The notes under the pieces: generated by a model
Told to the model about the DNA's origin: nothing
Database searches by the model: none
Seen by the model: only the letters and a program-made list of their open reading frames with translations
Program-made: the position numbers and the translations under genes
Assembly (NCBI GenBank): GCA_963920595.1
Contig: OY986949.1
Coordinates: 4,960,001 to 5,024,000 of the forward strand
DNA length: 64,000 nucleotides
Direction: 5' to 3'
DNA from: Eimeria praecox
Taxonomy: Eukaryota
Part shown: positions 40,340 through 63,523 of the stretch, piece after piece
Numbering within the stretch: the first letter of the stretch is position 1
How the letters are laid out: the number at the start of each line of letters is the position of its first letter

Positions 40340-43000
40340 GGCTGCATGGCTCATTGGGTTGGCCCCCCAAGTTTATTCAGCTGCAAAAGGCACTATAGAA
40401 TGCCCCCGCATACATTCCCCCGGAAAAGACGCAGTAATTCGTGGTTTCTGTTTATGTCCATTTATCTCCAACTTGCACGAAAAAGCCACAGTTTTCATTC
40501 TCATCACCGTAATGATGGCTTCATTGGGGGAGTGGTATGGGCTCCACTTGGGCCGAGGATATTGGGATTTGAGGGGGCTTCGCCAAGCCCCCTCGAATGC
40601 GGAGGCGTCCGCAGGCCAACAGGAGAACAGGCCGTAAGATATTAAGGGGGCTAGCGCTATCATATCTGTGGAGCTCTAGAATGCGAAGTATAAACAGTTA
40701 ATGAACAGAGGGCACATGGTGACCACGGAGGTACTGGATCAATCGTTCTTCTGCATGGATGTCTTTTATTGGAGCACTCCACCGTGCCATAATCATACAG
40801 TGTATTGCCGTATTGGCATGCTGTGAATGAATCAGTGAAGCAATCGTATTCGGCCTCCAGAAGGCTCTTTAAAGCCTGTTATCTGCCGGGAGGCAGCGAC
40901 GCAGTGTACTTAGGCAGCGCGAGCACTGGAGACGATCCCACACGGCTGCTGGTACTCTTGGCGTCTGTTTCTTTAGTCTCTGTTGCCTGACTTTCTGCAG
41001 GAGAGACAGTACCACTTCACCGTCAAGCATATCAACGGTATATAACTAACATGCCCGCTGAGGCACTCTCCCGACGCCCAGCGGGTCAGGCACTGTGTTC
41101 TGTGCTCTCTAACTGTGCCTATCTGCAGCGACTCGGGTCTCGTGCCTAGACTGTGTTCTTACTCCTTAGACACTCATGCAGATGCAGCGCCTGTCCAGAT
41201 CAACAGCGGACGACGCTCTTAAGCACTAGAACGTCAACAGATATCTCTTATATTACCAGACGAAGCGTTTACTTGGAAGCACGTTCCACCTTCACGTCGC
41301 ATAGAAGTTTTGCTCAAAGTGAATGATCATATTTTAGCGGGTCATGAACATGTCAGTACAGCCGTGGAGAACGGGAAGGCTCTCCAAGAGCTCCGGTTTA
41401 AGGGTGTTCTGCGGCTTCTGGTGCTGAGAATCTGGCCAAGTGAAGATATGTCCGCTACCTCTAGCGGATGGGCATAACTTCACTTGCCCGGATTGTCAGC
41501 TTCATAAGCCGCGAAACATTCGTAAACCGGGGCCTTTGCAGATCCCTCCGATTCTCAAATGGGTCTGGACAGATCTCTCAATGGTTTTCATAGTGGGCTT
41601 AAGAGCAGCAGTAGCATCGAAGTTTTTGTGAATACACTCAACAAATACACCCACTTCATCCCGCGCTGGAGTTCAATTCGACCAAAAGTAGTGGCCTAAC
41701 TATTCAATAATAATCTCTGGAGCTCCACAGTTCTTTTAAATGAACCATCACCGGTAGGGCGCCGACGCTCGTTAGCGGTGTGTGACGCGAATTTATGAAT
41801 AGGCTCAATATCGACCAAAATATGATCACGGTGAATCAGCTGCAGACATACTGCCTGAGTGAACGCACTGGCAGCAGATGGGGTAGAATCTCAACTTAGC
41901 AGAATTCACCAAGGTGGCTTGATCTCCTTCCCTGCTCAGGATGGGTTTATAATACAGCAGTTCTTTCTTCGACTCGTTGGTCTCCGACACATTTGGTGTA
42001 CACTAAAATGCGATTCTACGACCAGGCATTAGGGCAGGATGTCTGCCCCCGTACACCTGTCGGAGCTCACTTCCCCCATACAGCTTGCACGAGCCCTGAA
42101 ATGCATGAAGAAGGAACAAGAACGCCAGTTAATAAGCTACGACAAGGCATATGCAGCAATAGCGTTCAATGCACGCTTTGTTCTAGTGGGTTCACACGGT
42201 CTTCAAAGCGCATAAGGGAACGATCAACAGAAGAAGTTCTTCATGGATTGGCTAGATCGCTTCTGCTGCTGGTTCTCAGATTAACGCATTCGCTTGCATC
42301 GTAGGCTTGCCTCAGAAGTAGAGGCGCTGTGATACCATTAATGCTGATTCCCTAAAAGGGTTCAGAGAATCAAAGAAATTAATCCAAGTTCTTACAGGGG
42401 AAACAAAGATTCTGGACACGCGTGCATTGGTTCGCCGCATCTAGAAGAAAGGCAAATATTACGTCAAATGGCTCCGGGGTGTCTGGAACCGCTAGCGTGC
42501 AGCAATTGATCAAGCCTGTCACGCTGTGTAGCGTTGAAGCATCCTTCTACCTCCATGCGATGCATGCGTTATCCTGTTCTGCAATGATCTACAACCAATA
42601 GTGCTAATGGCCTCCGTAGTGCCCCTACAGACAACACTTCCACCCTTTTCATATTTTATGAGTGGACACCCCCGCTTTTGAGGATGCACGTTTCCCTCCA
42701 TGCTTTTGGGTTGTTGCGCTCTGGCAGCAGTTTCCTAGATATTCTTACTTCCGTTTGGATGCACGCACTAACCGCGAACGTCAATAGCTGGAAAATGGCA
42801 GGAAATGCTGTTCTTCATCAGTGGCGAAGCCACTGGGAGATCCCGTTCTCGCGAGCTGCAGGTTGGCAGCGATAGCATCCCAGTGCAGAGACATCTTCCC
42901 GGATTCCGGTCAGTAATTTTCTTTTTATTTTTCTTCTTCTTTCTCACGTAAGGCCAGGCGTACAAGGACGTATACCCCTTGGGGGAGACGGGGGGAAAGT
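40340..43000 (+). mobile_element. Degenerate Ty3/gypsy LTR retrotransposon (chromovirus) pol relic
   Basis: Ordered fragments broken by stops and frameshifts: RT-connection-like GKDAVIRGF..FISNLHEKA (~40420); RNase H end YHFTVKHING/TNMPAEALSRRP (~41010-41070); integrase H..GH (~41325) and CPDCQLHKP..PGPLQIPP..WTDLSMVFIVGL (41485-41600); KYTHFIP; QTYCLSERT; WLDLLP; YNTAV..ST.WSP; chromodomain-like KILDTR..KGKYYVKW (~42405-42472); purine tract 42981-42999. Confidence 0.85.
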
Positions 43001-44002
43001 TATAGCATGCTGTGCGTGATGTTGATAGGTGCATCCCTACTTGCATGCCGGCTCATTACGGAGGATCACTTAGGGTTTAAAGGCTTGTCTACGCAAAAGT
43101 CTACAATGCTAATTCATGCAGCAAGAGGGGCATTGGTTGTGCATGCATGTGAAGTTGATTTGCAAAATAGCTGCAGCAGGATGTGTTCCAACGCCTAGCA
43201 GACTTGCCCGAGTCCCCGCCAGCCCAGGCTATGCAGCTGTGTCCAGGAGGCTTACAGGGTGGAGGGGAGGCCAGCTAGTTTTCTGGGGCTCTCTCTTTAA
43301 GTGCTTGACTGTCGTGTAGTTAATGAGGGTCCTCAGCTAAGATCGAGGTCTCTCGTTACAGCTATAGTATGTGTGCACACATCGTACAAACAAATCAACA
43401 CTTGTGCAGAAACGCTTTAGATATCGATGGAATAGCGTATTTGGCAAATTATCTTAATTGAATTCGCTTTGTTATGTGTCTAACGAAGGACCCTAAACCG
43501 TAATCCTTAAACCCAAATATCCCTGATAGCAGCGGTGCTGCTAGCATGCATGCACGCATGGACTCAGAGGCGAAAGGACAAGTATGACACATTACTTCGG
43601 AGTATAATCTAATCTATTTAACGACCATTCAGATACAATTATTTCTTTCTCTAGGATCACCTGCCCTAGCATTTAAGGATTCTGTCATAGCTGCATGCAT
43701 TACGAAACCTTACACCTACAGGAGCAGCAACAGCAGCCACAGCTACAGACCACCAGCAGCGGCAGCAGCTACTGTTGCTGTGCAAAAGAATGTATATTTG
43801 AAGTGACGAATTAAATATATTAAAGCGAAACAATTTATTTCGCTTTCTATTTCTCGTGGTGAATGGAAGTCGTTACCTTCGGCTTCTGTAGATAGTAGCC
43901 ACGGGGCCCTTTCAGTCTTCTGACGCGTTTGCTCAGTATTTGCCGCATTTTCCTGTTAAATTCCGTTTATTCTTCTGATGGTTCCCTGATCGCATATACA
44001 CA

Positions 44003-53513
<9,511 letters not shown>

Positions 53514-54479
53514 TTGGCCGTTGCTGCATCCAGCGGCATGCAGGCTAATCAGGTCGGTGCCATTATTAAGAGGTCAAGAGGAAGGTGTTAGTTATAAATA
53601 CAATTGACAGTTTAGTTTTTCTGTGTCTCTAGCTTGGCACAGGATATATAGCTTCGTGCATGCAGTGCATGCGTGAAAAGGCCCTTTGCGGCTGGAACTG
53701 CTGCTGCGGCTGCCGCTTGCTGCAAGCAAGCAGCAGCAGCAGGGAACTAGCTTTTTTGTAATAGCAGCTCCTCGTGCGTCCGAAAAGCAGCAGCAGAAGC
53801 AGCGAACCGCACTGCAGTCCTGTACAGTATTTTTCAGGGTTTCTGAAGTATTGGTGGTGCAGTACTAGCAGGTGCATTAGCATGAGCAGTAAGATAAGCA
53901 AAGAGGTGCTCCTCAGAGGGACTTAGGCGGTTGCACACTTTAGCGATAGGGTGGACTTCGGGGTGCACGGATGCCCCAAGGCGGCCAACCACGGAAACTT
54001 CCATGGGGGTTCAGAGCTCATGCTTTACGGTTTAGGGGCTTTGGATATTGTAACCTGGAACGAATTCGTCCCCTTCGAATTAATCAATCTAGCATCTGAC
54101 AACGGTTATTTGGGTGTGCTTGCAAGCTCAAGCTCAATAAGTAGCCGCCAAAGCTGCCTGAACACCTCTCCCCGAGCAAAGCCCTCCCTATACACCCCTG
54201 TCACTGCTCTAGCCGCTACCATAGTGCACGCATGGAACAATGATTTAAATTAAAATACAAATAAAACAAAAGGTGAGGAGGCGTCTTCTCTGTGCGCTGT
54301 GCTTGCATCCGCTTTCGTGCTTTTCTAGTTCGCTGTTTGACAAACTAGAAAGGTTTCTAAAAGCTGTAAAAATTAAAACAAATGGCGAAATTATCTAATC
54401 AGAGATGCCTCCTCTCTGCTGCCGTGCGCCGCCACCTCTGGCCCCCAGCTTGTGTCTCTCTATTCTAAGGGCTGCTTTG

Positions 54480-54830
54480 CCTCTGCATGCGTTCCCCGTG
54501 GGGCTGTTCAGGCTGGGCATGCTTCTCCTTGCGGGGGTGTATTGTCTCTGCATACGTCTCCTAGTGGGGATGTTTAGCCTCTGCATGCGTCTCCTCGTGG
54601 GGCTCTTCACCCTCTGCATGCGTCTCCTTGTGAGGGTGTTTGGCCCCTGCATGCGTCTCTTTGTGGGGTTGCTCAGTTCCTGCATGCGTCCCTTTATGGG
54701 GGTGTTTGGCCTCTGCATGCGATTCCTTGTGGGGCTCCTCCTTGCGCATCTCCGCCTGTGCTTCAGTCTTGTTGTGGTGTTGGATGTCTGCATGTGCCTC
54801 TTTGTGGGGGTGTTCGGTTTTTGCATGCGT
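54480..54830 (-). repeat. Coding 33-bp tandem repeat (PHKETHAEAKH-like, ~10 units)
   Basis: Units CCCCACAAGGAGACGCATGCAGAG... on the minus strand. Confidence 0.85.
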
Positions 54831-57800
54831 TTTCGTACGTACAGAGGCGGAAGTATCTTCTTCCTCTTCATGGGGAGTGGTGGATGGCTGCACCTGCGTG
54901 GGTTCTTGAAGCTGTTGCGCTTCCCGTTCTATCTCCAAGGCCTCTTTCTCACTTTTCTGCAGACTGGGTGGAGGCTTTCCTTCTTGAGGCTGCAATACGT
55001 GCACAAAGCCTATTTGGTCTGCACCTAATATCACTACTTTGTCCTTCTCAATCTTCTGTAACTTGGGAGAGGCCCAGTATTGGAGCAAACATAACTTATA
55101 AGTTCCAGGTTCTGCTATCTACGGAGGAAACGCAGTTCACAACAAACTGAACAACGAAACAGATGAATTGCTGCAACAAAGCATGCAAATACAAATACGT
55201 AAATGGAACAACAAAATGAATTGCATATACAGCAAGCAAAGCAAGTACAAAGATATCACTGAGGAATACAGCTCAGCCAAGGGAGCTAAGTGGGTCTTCA
55301 GGGTGTGGCTTTCTCCATAGTAGTCTGCAGCTTTTATTTCCTCTCTTCATTTGTGTCTACCCGCTAGATCATGCTTATTGTATTTAGTTCCCTAAATCAT
55401 GCTTATTCGCCTGTATTGCCAAGGTGGAGTCTTGCCTGAATGTTTTCAAACAGGGCTCCTCCATCCAGCACTTTGGGCGGGGGCATCTTCGTTGAATTTT
55501 GCGCATCGTGCAAAACCGCGAAAACTGCTTGTGCGTCGGTTGGGCTGCACATACGTCGCAAAAGAAAGGGCGTACTTCTGCATACCTGCCCCTGAGGCCA
55601 GTTTATACTTGGGAGGTGCCGAGCAAGCACAGGCAAGGGTCAAGCAATGCCATTGAGTCTAACACGTCAAACCAAAATACCCCTGCTTTCATCTTGTGAT
55701 GCTTGTCTTAGTTTTGGGTTGTGTGCGCTTTGGTTGTCTTACGTGCATTCTGTGTCCTTATGAACAGCAATCAGACGCAAGCAACTGTGCATGTTGCTCC
55801 CTTTGATGAACAGGGCTTGCGGCAGAGGGTTGCTGGGCGGCTGAATGGCAAACAGAAACGAGGGGACACATGAGAAATAAAAGGGCATTATTTTTTTGTA
55901 CGATTGCGCTAATGCTGTGAAATGTGTTATGCGCCTACAAAATGCACACGTCTGACATACGTACAAATCCTGTACTAAAGAGTGAATAGTCTAAAACAGC
56001 GATGTTCTCTCCTATGTGGTAATGAACACCAAGAGAGAGAAACTATTTGACTGCCTCAGGGTGGTATTTTGCGCAATAGAACGAAAAGGAAAAGGAGTTA
56101 TTGGTAAGGAAACAGGACGCCGCTTAACGCATAACTGCTTTCTGCACTGCAACCACTCCTTTGTTCAAGGGAAAATCCTGTATCTAGACTCGACTTTTTT
56201 GAGTGAATTTAAACCAATCTGCTGTATACTTGTTTGTAATTTGTTTTATTTCAGCCTTACGGAGACAAGTAGTTCATATTGACGGCCCCGCGCAGGAGCG
56301 GCCATGGCACACCGCGTGTACGACTGAAAGGAAGGCAACAGCAAAGCAAGCGAAGCTTGAAGTTATCGCATATTGTATCAGCACAAGTAATACAACGTTG
56401 TATTATTTCGTGCCGAAATTTTTCTTATTAGGGATATGCAGGGCAGACGAACACAACAAACAAAGGGTTGCCGAATATAAGTCAATGGCGCCAGTGGAAG
56501 GACTAAAATATATAAGCTATGGACGCAAAAGGCATAAGAAGGATAATATCGAGCAGCCTAGAAATGAATTCACCTCTGGGCAGGTTGCCGTCGCTTCATC
56601 TTGGAATGGAGCGCATGTCCGGAAACCTCCACCTCCAGCCACTACGTCGTACCTCTTTGATAAACCCGCAAACAAATACATAAAGTAAAATGCATGAAGA
56701 TAAACGCATGCAGCATGCATGGGCTTCTCTGTTCTTATTTGAATACAAGCAGTCTGCATCCATTTTCCCAACACTAAAAGGGATGCATGCGGGAAAACGT
56801 GCTATTTATCAACCAGTCTAAACACATGATTCGAAATAGATGCACGCAAATGGAAAGCACAAAATGGATAGAGAATTCAAATCATGAGCTTTGGGTTTGT
56901 GCAACACTGTTTTTGGTAGAAAAAGAGCAAGCGATTCCACCTACGAAGCACGGAAGGCCTAACTAGAAGCCAGCAACAAGGAACGACAAAACTAAATGTA
57001 GAAGTACAAACTAAACAAAGAAGGTAATTTGTACTGCTTACGAAACAGTGAGTAGGGAAGGCCGGCTTGTTGTCGCAAGTGTTGGGGGCACACTCTGCAT
57101 CACATATAAGAAAGAAGCACAGAGGCAAAATAAGAACACTAGAATTAGACTGTGAGCGAGTAAACAGACACTTAAGAAATAACGGCATTGGAAGCGGAAC
57201 AACAGGACAAGCTGAAGCCAACAGTAAGAACAAAAGACACCACACAACGTGTCAGCCAGCGATAGGTGAGGTAAATGTGTGCTTGTCCTAACACTCCCCA
57301 ATCTTCGAAAGGACGAATAAACGTAATTTAAATAATCCTATTGATATACTTATAGGCACAGGTGAGTACACAAGTACATGGTTCCTAGGGAGATAAGCGC
57401 TTGGTTTGTGGTGGCGCACCGACGGGGCAATCTAAGGGGGAGGTTCCGGTTTGTTTGGCTAGCAGCATTTGTTGCTTTTGCTCCCTTTCGGAGGTTTCAG
57501 CCTTTGGCAATTCTTGAGGCCTCAGCACTCTGTTGTCTGTCTCCCTCAAAAACTGTTTGCTTACGTCTTCGCTTTCTGCAGTAAGGCGTTTCAATGTGCT
57601 TTTCACCTGAGGGCGTATGGCACATTCACAGCCAGAAACCCGACTTGCAAACCCCTCAAGACAAAGAAGCTGATGCAATAATTGGAAGGAATCGTTCTGA
57701 AGACCGCTTCTACTGCTATTGCTCATACAGTTTCAGCTAGAAGCTCCTGCTCGTAATGTTACGGTGGCCGCAGCACCATAACGTTGAAAGGGTAATGGCA

Positions 57801-60302
57801 AATGCCAAACAATGGCTTCAATCATGTCATGTAGACAAGTAAGAATTCAGGGCAAGCAACTGCATTTTCCTGCGCTTACACTTGTGAGCTTCCTCCAAAT
57901 CCCGGAGACAGCGGACTGCATGAGGACTTGCATGTGCTTGAGAAGGTTGAGGTGGGCCATTTCCTTTTGCTTAATCCGCATTTCTTTTTCTTTTAATTCG
58001 TGCTGCACTCGCAAATGCGCCGCCAGGTGCTGTGCTGTCTTCGTAGCTTCCTCTAACTGCCGGTGCTGTTCTGCATCTTGTACACTCATAGCTGATGCGC
58101 CCAGTGGCGTCGCCACATTGGCTCGAGGGCCCCCCTCTCCCAGCATATGCAGCTTTAAAAGGGCCTCTTGCTGGACAAGACACGCATCTGTCAGCAACGA
58201 GGCATTTATAAATGCAAATAGAGATGGATACGGAATACGCGCAGACAACAACGAGCACTGGCAAATACTTCTCAGCCCCAAGTAAATGCATGCGTACAGC
58301 CAAGGAGATGCAGCAAGCAAGCACACCAGCATTAGTCAATATGCATATGCATACGCTGACTCAGATAGTCAACCAAGGAATGACAGACAGAGGGAAAACG
58401 AAAGAGTAGGCGAAGGGCCAACAAGCAGACAAATTGCATCTACCCAAATCCCTACATGAACGAAAAACAAAAAACCTATGATGCACTAAAGAGGCAAAAA
58501 CACCGGTATAAACAGCAAATGCACAAACAGCACAGGAGCAGCAACAACTAGCAAACACACAAGTCCAGAAACAGACAAAGAGACGAAAGAGCAAGCGCTT
58601 TTGGAGCAAGAAGAGGCAAGCATATGAGTACAGCAACAGATAAAGGGAAGAAACAAACAACTCTTTGCGGTTGAGCAGCTAAAGGAGTGTAATCGGCGTT
58701 TACCTCCATACGCTGAAGATTTGCAAGTTTAGTTGCTTTTTCCGCCAGTTCCTTTTTGCGTGCTTCTGCCGCTTTCTCCTTTTCTTTTTCTTCTTCCTCC
58801 TTTCCCTTCTGCGGCTTCTGTGCAGGCACAGGAGGTTTGGAAACAACCGTTTCCTTGTGACTTTCTTCCTCTTCTCCCTTTGCTTCTTTTTTTTCTCCTT
58901 TTTCCTTCTGCAGTGGTTGCACAGGTGGTGGATGTTTGGAAACAACCGTTCCCTTGTGACTTTCTTCCTCTTCTTCCTTTTCTTCTTCTTTTTCTTCTTT
59001 TTCCTTCTGCGGTGGTTGCACAGGTGGTGGAGTCTCCTTGTGAGTTTCTTCTGCTTTCTCCTTTTCTTTCTCCGTTTCCTTCTTAGTTTCTTTTTCCATT
59101 TCCTTTTCTGTCTCTTTTCCTGATGCTGATGACGATGCAGCTGCTTGCTCACTTTCCTTGAGACTTTGTACTTCTTCTTCCTCCTCTTCTGGCGCAGTTT
59201 TGGAGGAGGGCTCTTTACTGCTTGCTTTTTCCTCTTCCGAGGCTGCAGACTCTTTGGCTGCTGCTGGTATGGCTAGAGGGGGGACAGGTTCCTTGACCTC
59301 GGGCTCCTTGTGTTTAGGTTCCTCTTTGCTTGGTTCCTCCTCTGGGAGTTCTGGCGCTTGCTTTGTCGTCTCTGCGGCTTCTCTCCCCGTGTGTACGGAC
59401 TCCTCTTCGGATGGGGCTGCTTTTGAGGCCTGCTCGGATTCCTCTTTATCCTCCTCCTCCTCTGCCTCCTCTTGGCTTTCATTTTTTGTCTTGCTTCCCT
59501 TCATGGACTCCTCTGCAGTGGCTGACGCCTGCACCAAAGAGGCAACAGGGTAGACCGATTCCGCGCCAACCTTCCCCCCAGCATCAGGAGCACTGGCGGC
59601 ATCAGCAGCAGGATTCTCCTTTACTCCTAGCTCCCCATCAATCTCCTTCACCTCGCCGTCGTCCATAAAGAATTCAGGCAGCATGGGGAAATGTGGCTTT
59701 ACGCTGACTGAGGAATATCGAGCAGGCACCTGCAGAAATACCTCCTCCTCGCCACGGGAGTTAGCACCTACAGTGGCCTCTTTAGAGCCCAATTCAAGCA
59801 ATGAGTTGCCAACAGAATGCACAAAAGAACTGTGGAGGTATGGCGTGCTGCGGGAGCTGTTGGCTGGTTCGGTTGCTGCTGCTACAGTAGCTGCTGCTTC
59901 CCCAGTCGTTGCTGGTCCTTTATCTTCATCTTCTAAATTTCGAGAGGCCCTCAAGTGAAGCTTCGCTGTCAGCTGGGCTTTGTAATTTTCTCTGTTGAGC
60001 ATCTGAGCAGCTGAGAAGGGATCTAGCGAAGGCGTTCTCTGGGGTTTGCTGTTAGGAATGCTCTTTATGCTCCTGCTGCTTCCACTTGATTCTTCTTCAC
60101 TACCTGATGCTTTGTCTTTGATGTTTACTAGCTTAAGAGAAGATGGAGAATGTGCTGGGCCTCTTGAGGCCCTCCCAGTTGGGTTGAGGTGCGCAACGGA
60201 GAAGGCGAGGGGCCCCTGGCTGACAGACTGCCCGAGAGAGGGTTCAGACGAAGATAAGACAACGAAGAGGAAACACAGATACAGCGTATACAGTAAATGC
60301 AT
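54561..60302 (-). CDS. Secreted E/K-rich multi-exon protein, candidate rhoptry/microneme protein (internal exons only partly resolved)
   Basis: Signal-peptide-like MHLLYTLYLCFLFVVLSSS from ATG 60302; long first exon to ~58703 (GAG|GTAAAC); coiled-coil exon ~58170-57880; Cys-containing islands at ~57600, ~56600 and ~55500; last exon with HKETHA repeats. The HKET motif is shared by the first and last exons. Confidence 0.6.
58800..59045 (-). repeat. Coding ~99-bp tandem duplication (HKET..PPPVQP.QKEK.EK.E..EEEES)
   Basis: About 2.5 copies visible in both DNA and translation. Confidence 0.8.
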
Positions 60303-63300
60303 ATATCGGCTACTCCTTGGCATTCTCAAGCCCTGGAAAAGTAGAGGCAACCGCTCCCCAGGGTATACATGCTGACGCTGCCGCCCAGACAGGTGCTGGG
60401 AATACATCCCATTTCTCAGCAAAACATCATCAACGCAGCAATTCTGTGTATTCTGGGCACAGGGTTTAAGGGGGCGGTAAGGCTTCATGGCTGTAGGTTG
60501 GGATTGATAGAGCCGTTGCAGTTCATCGTCGGCCAGAACACGCAAACCCTGCGCTGACCAGACAGGTACGAGAAATGTAAGGCCTCACAAAAGCCTCAAA
60601 GAAAGAAACTGCTATTTATAAGTAATTCGCCTTCTGCAAATGTGCTGCAGCGGGCACACACAGCTCTCACGAGGACGAATCGAGCCTCAGAAGACAGAAC
60701 GCCAGATGCAGCGCCCAGGCCCCCAGTTCGTGTGATATGGCCCTAGAGAGCTGGAAACAGTTCAGACGAAGGGGCCAAATCCCATAAATAAGTCAAAAAA
60801 AGAGAGAAGACAGATAATCGGAGACCAAGGACCCTGTTCAGGGCAGACGAAGGCGCTGCGGCAAACACGCAGCCCGCGCAGCCGACGGGAATGCGTGGTC
60901 TACAAGCCAGTACGCGGGACAGCAAGAGAAACACTACGGTGAAATTCCGCATTTCATAGCTTGAAAAACGCAGTTTAAAGTATTGCATGCCCAAAAGGAA
61001 TTTATTATCCTCCGCATCCCAGTGCATCCAGCTGCAGACCGCTGGCCTTCTTCCTCCCACCACGCGGCGCAATGCGGTAGCCTACGGTGGTGCTGGGTGT
61101 ACTCTTTAGCTGCCTTTTACTGCATCTTTTCAGCTCTTTTTTCTTAAGCTTTAAAGTTAAATGCTGTCTTCAACTTGGTAGATTAGCCGCTTAGAGGAAA
61201 GACACCATGCAAGGCGTCGCTATGCATACGACGCCTGAGGGTCCGCTATGAGCTGACCAGAACATATCGACTATGCTTATTATGAATGTCTCGTTGGTGA
61301 GACCTTCTCCCATTTTAAGGCAAATTAAATTTGCAGAAAATATACATCTTAAAGTGTTTTGCGAAGCTTTTTGCAGCCTTCTTTTCAGCCAGCCGAACAG
61401 AGACTGCCTTCTACTGGCTGGTAGTCCGCTTCTAAGTGACAAGCAGGAAAGCACAGTGCCCCCTACTAACCGTCCTTAACACCCTTCTAAAAAAAGGAAT
61501 TGGCTAACAAGGCTGAACTGAACGGTCCGACTGGTAGGGCTTTGAATGAAAGGCACGGATGAAAATACTGCGACGATTGCAACATTTGCCTCCCACAGAA
61601 AGTGAAACTCGCCCTCTCTTTTAAAGCACGAGAGGCAAGTGCAAAACATATGGTTTAGCTGTAGTAAGTGGGAACCATTTTAGCGTTTAAGTTTAGGCGA
61701 AGTGTAAAATGGCTAAAGCCATTTTAGGCGAAGTGTAAAATGGCTAAATCCATGATTGCGTCCGCCACTAATCCGGCAGGGACGATGCATGCCATTCGCG
61801 CAACGATTCAAAGAGGAAGCGCATTACCTTTAAATTGGCTTGATACAAATTATTCCACTGAAAATCAAAGCGCTCGAAAGCCTGCTCTACATGTCTGGAA
61901 CTCCAAACAAAGTAGGGCAGGGCACGTACACCTTTCAAATCATCAGGTGCCGAGAACTCGGTTGATTAATTACTTTTAATATCACATTGTGGTGGAGTCG
62001 GGTGGAAAAGTGGCCCACCACTTTTGTTTCCAAGCGTTGGTTCCTGAAATTTCTAGAACCCTTGGCTGCTTCTCCACCCCCCATTTGCATTGCTAACGAC
62101 GCCCTAATTGGTGCAGAGGATACTAGCACTTTACACTGCAAGAAGGAGTATAATTATACGTTGCATGCCATACTCATATTTTGTAGGTAGCGAACTGCTC
62201 CCAAAAGGAATTCACCCGCTGGATGCAACTACAATCAGCGGCGGATGTTACTCCGCAGGCGGGGTTAACTGAACTCCCTATTTTGCCAATACTTGCAAAG
62301 AGGGGCGTGATCTTGCGCAAGCACCAGATTTCTAGTTCTAATATAAAGAACTGGGCCGACAACAGGCAGGTGCCACTCACCACATTCTCAGAACTACGTT
62401 TCATTCAGCAGCCTGTCGTGAGCTTGCCACCTACGATTAGTTGAAGAAAAGAAAGGCAGGTTCGAGCCCATGGTCGGAAGTCTGTGCTCACGAAAGCCAC
62501 CTGAGGGCTGCATTGGTCCCTAAACAACGCTTGGAAGTGGGCCTCATGGATGAGAGCAACGGCGGAGCAAATTCAGGGATGCCAACTCATATTAACAAGC
62601 TGAAGAGAGATAAAGTTAGAGGAGGAAAGAAAAGGTGAGATACTTCAACTGAGAATTCGCACGGATAAGGCAGAGTGTGAGGCACGGTTCAACCGGCATG
62701 TCTCCGGCGTAGCGCAAGCCGCATCCGGATCCATGGATCCTTCACCGTGCTTAGGCAAGAGAGAATTCAAAGACAACTAATGGACACGAAAGAGGTAGAA
62801 TAGGATGCCAAAGGAAACTTTCAATCGATTTAGTGCTCCATCAGCTACGCAAGCCCACAAACTTAGAGAAGGCGGGCAGCAGCTCACTCGGCGGTCCTTC
62901 CGCGTGTGCAGGACGCAGTGGCAGCCAGCTGGCTGTTTTGGGGAGCCATTTCATAGAAAAGACAACAACGTTAGAGAATATAGGAAGGATGCATTGATAT
63001 TTTAATTGCACTACACTGCCGTTAAACTGCATGCGGCGGTCTGTCTGTTCATGCCCGCTCATCCGTTCGATCGCCGGCGCCATTTCGCGCCTGGCCAGTA
63101 CTACTTCTTCAGCTATTCAAAACGCTACATAAACGTCATAATTAAATGAGCTATAATTATCCTCTCTTAACGCATGCACATCATCGTTTTTGTTGGATTT
63201 TTGCCCACTGTCAGGTTGTCGTCCCTCGGCTCCCTGAGTCCAGCAGCCCCGTTGTTGCACGCCTGTTTGTCTTTTCTCTTTTTGGAGGCTTCGCTTGAAT

Positions 63301-63523
63301 CGTAATCCGTTTTTTAGTCTTCTTGTTGGCTTTCCAAAAAGGACCTCAGCTTCCACTAGTCCCATCGTGTCCTGTTGGCTTTACGCAGTGTTGCGCACCT
63401 GCACGTCGGCTGCTGCACTCTGTTGCGTCAGTCAAAATCCCGTTTGGTGGAAGTGGTGGCCGCCAGCCTCTTCTTCACCCCTTCGCTTGTAGGCCCTACA
63501 AAGGAGGCGAAACCTGTGTAATC

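Noticed and set aside
60560..63490. Short ORFs or RNA genes in the right-hand intergenic region
   Set aside because: No recognisable motifs, consistent splice model or tRNA/rRNA signature found by eye.
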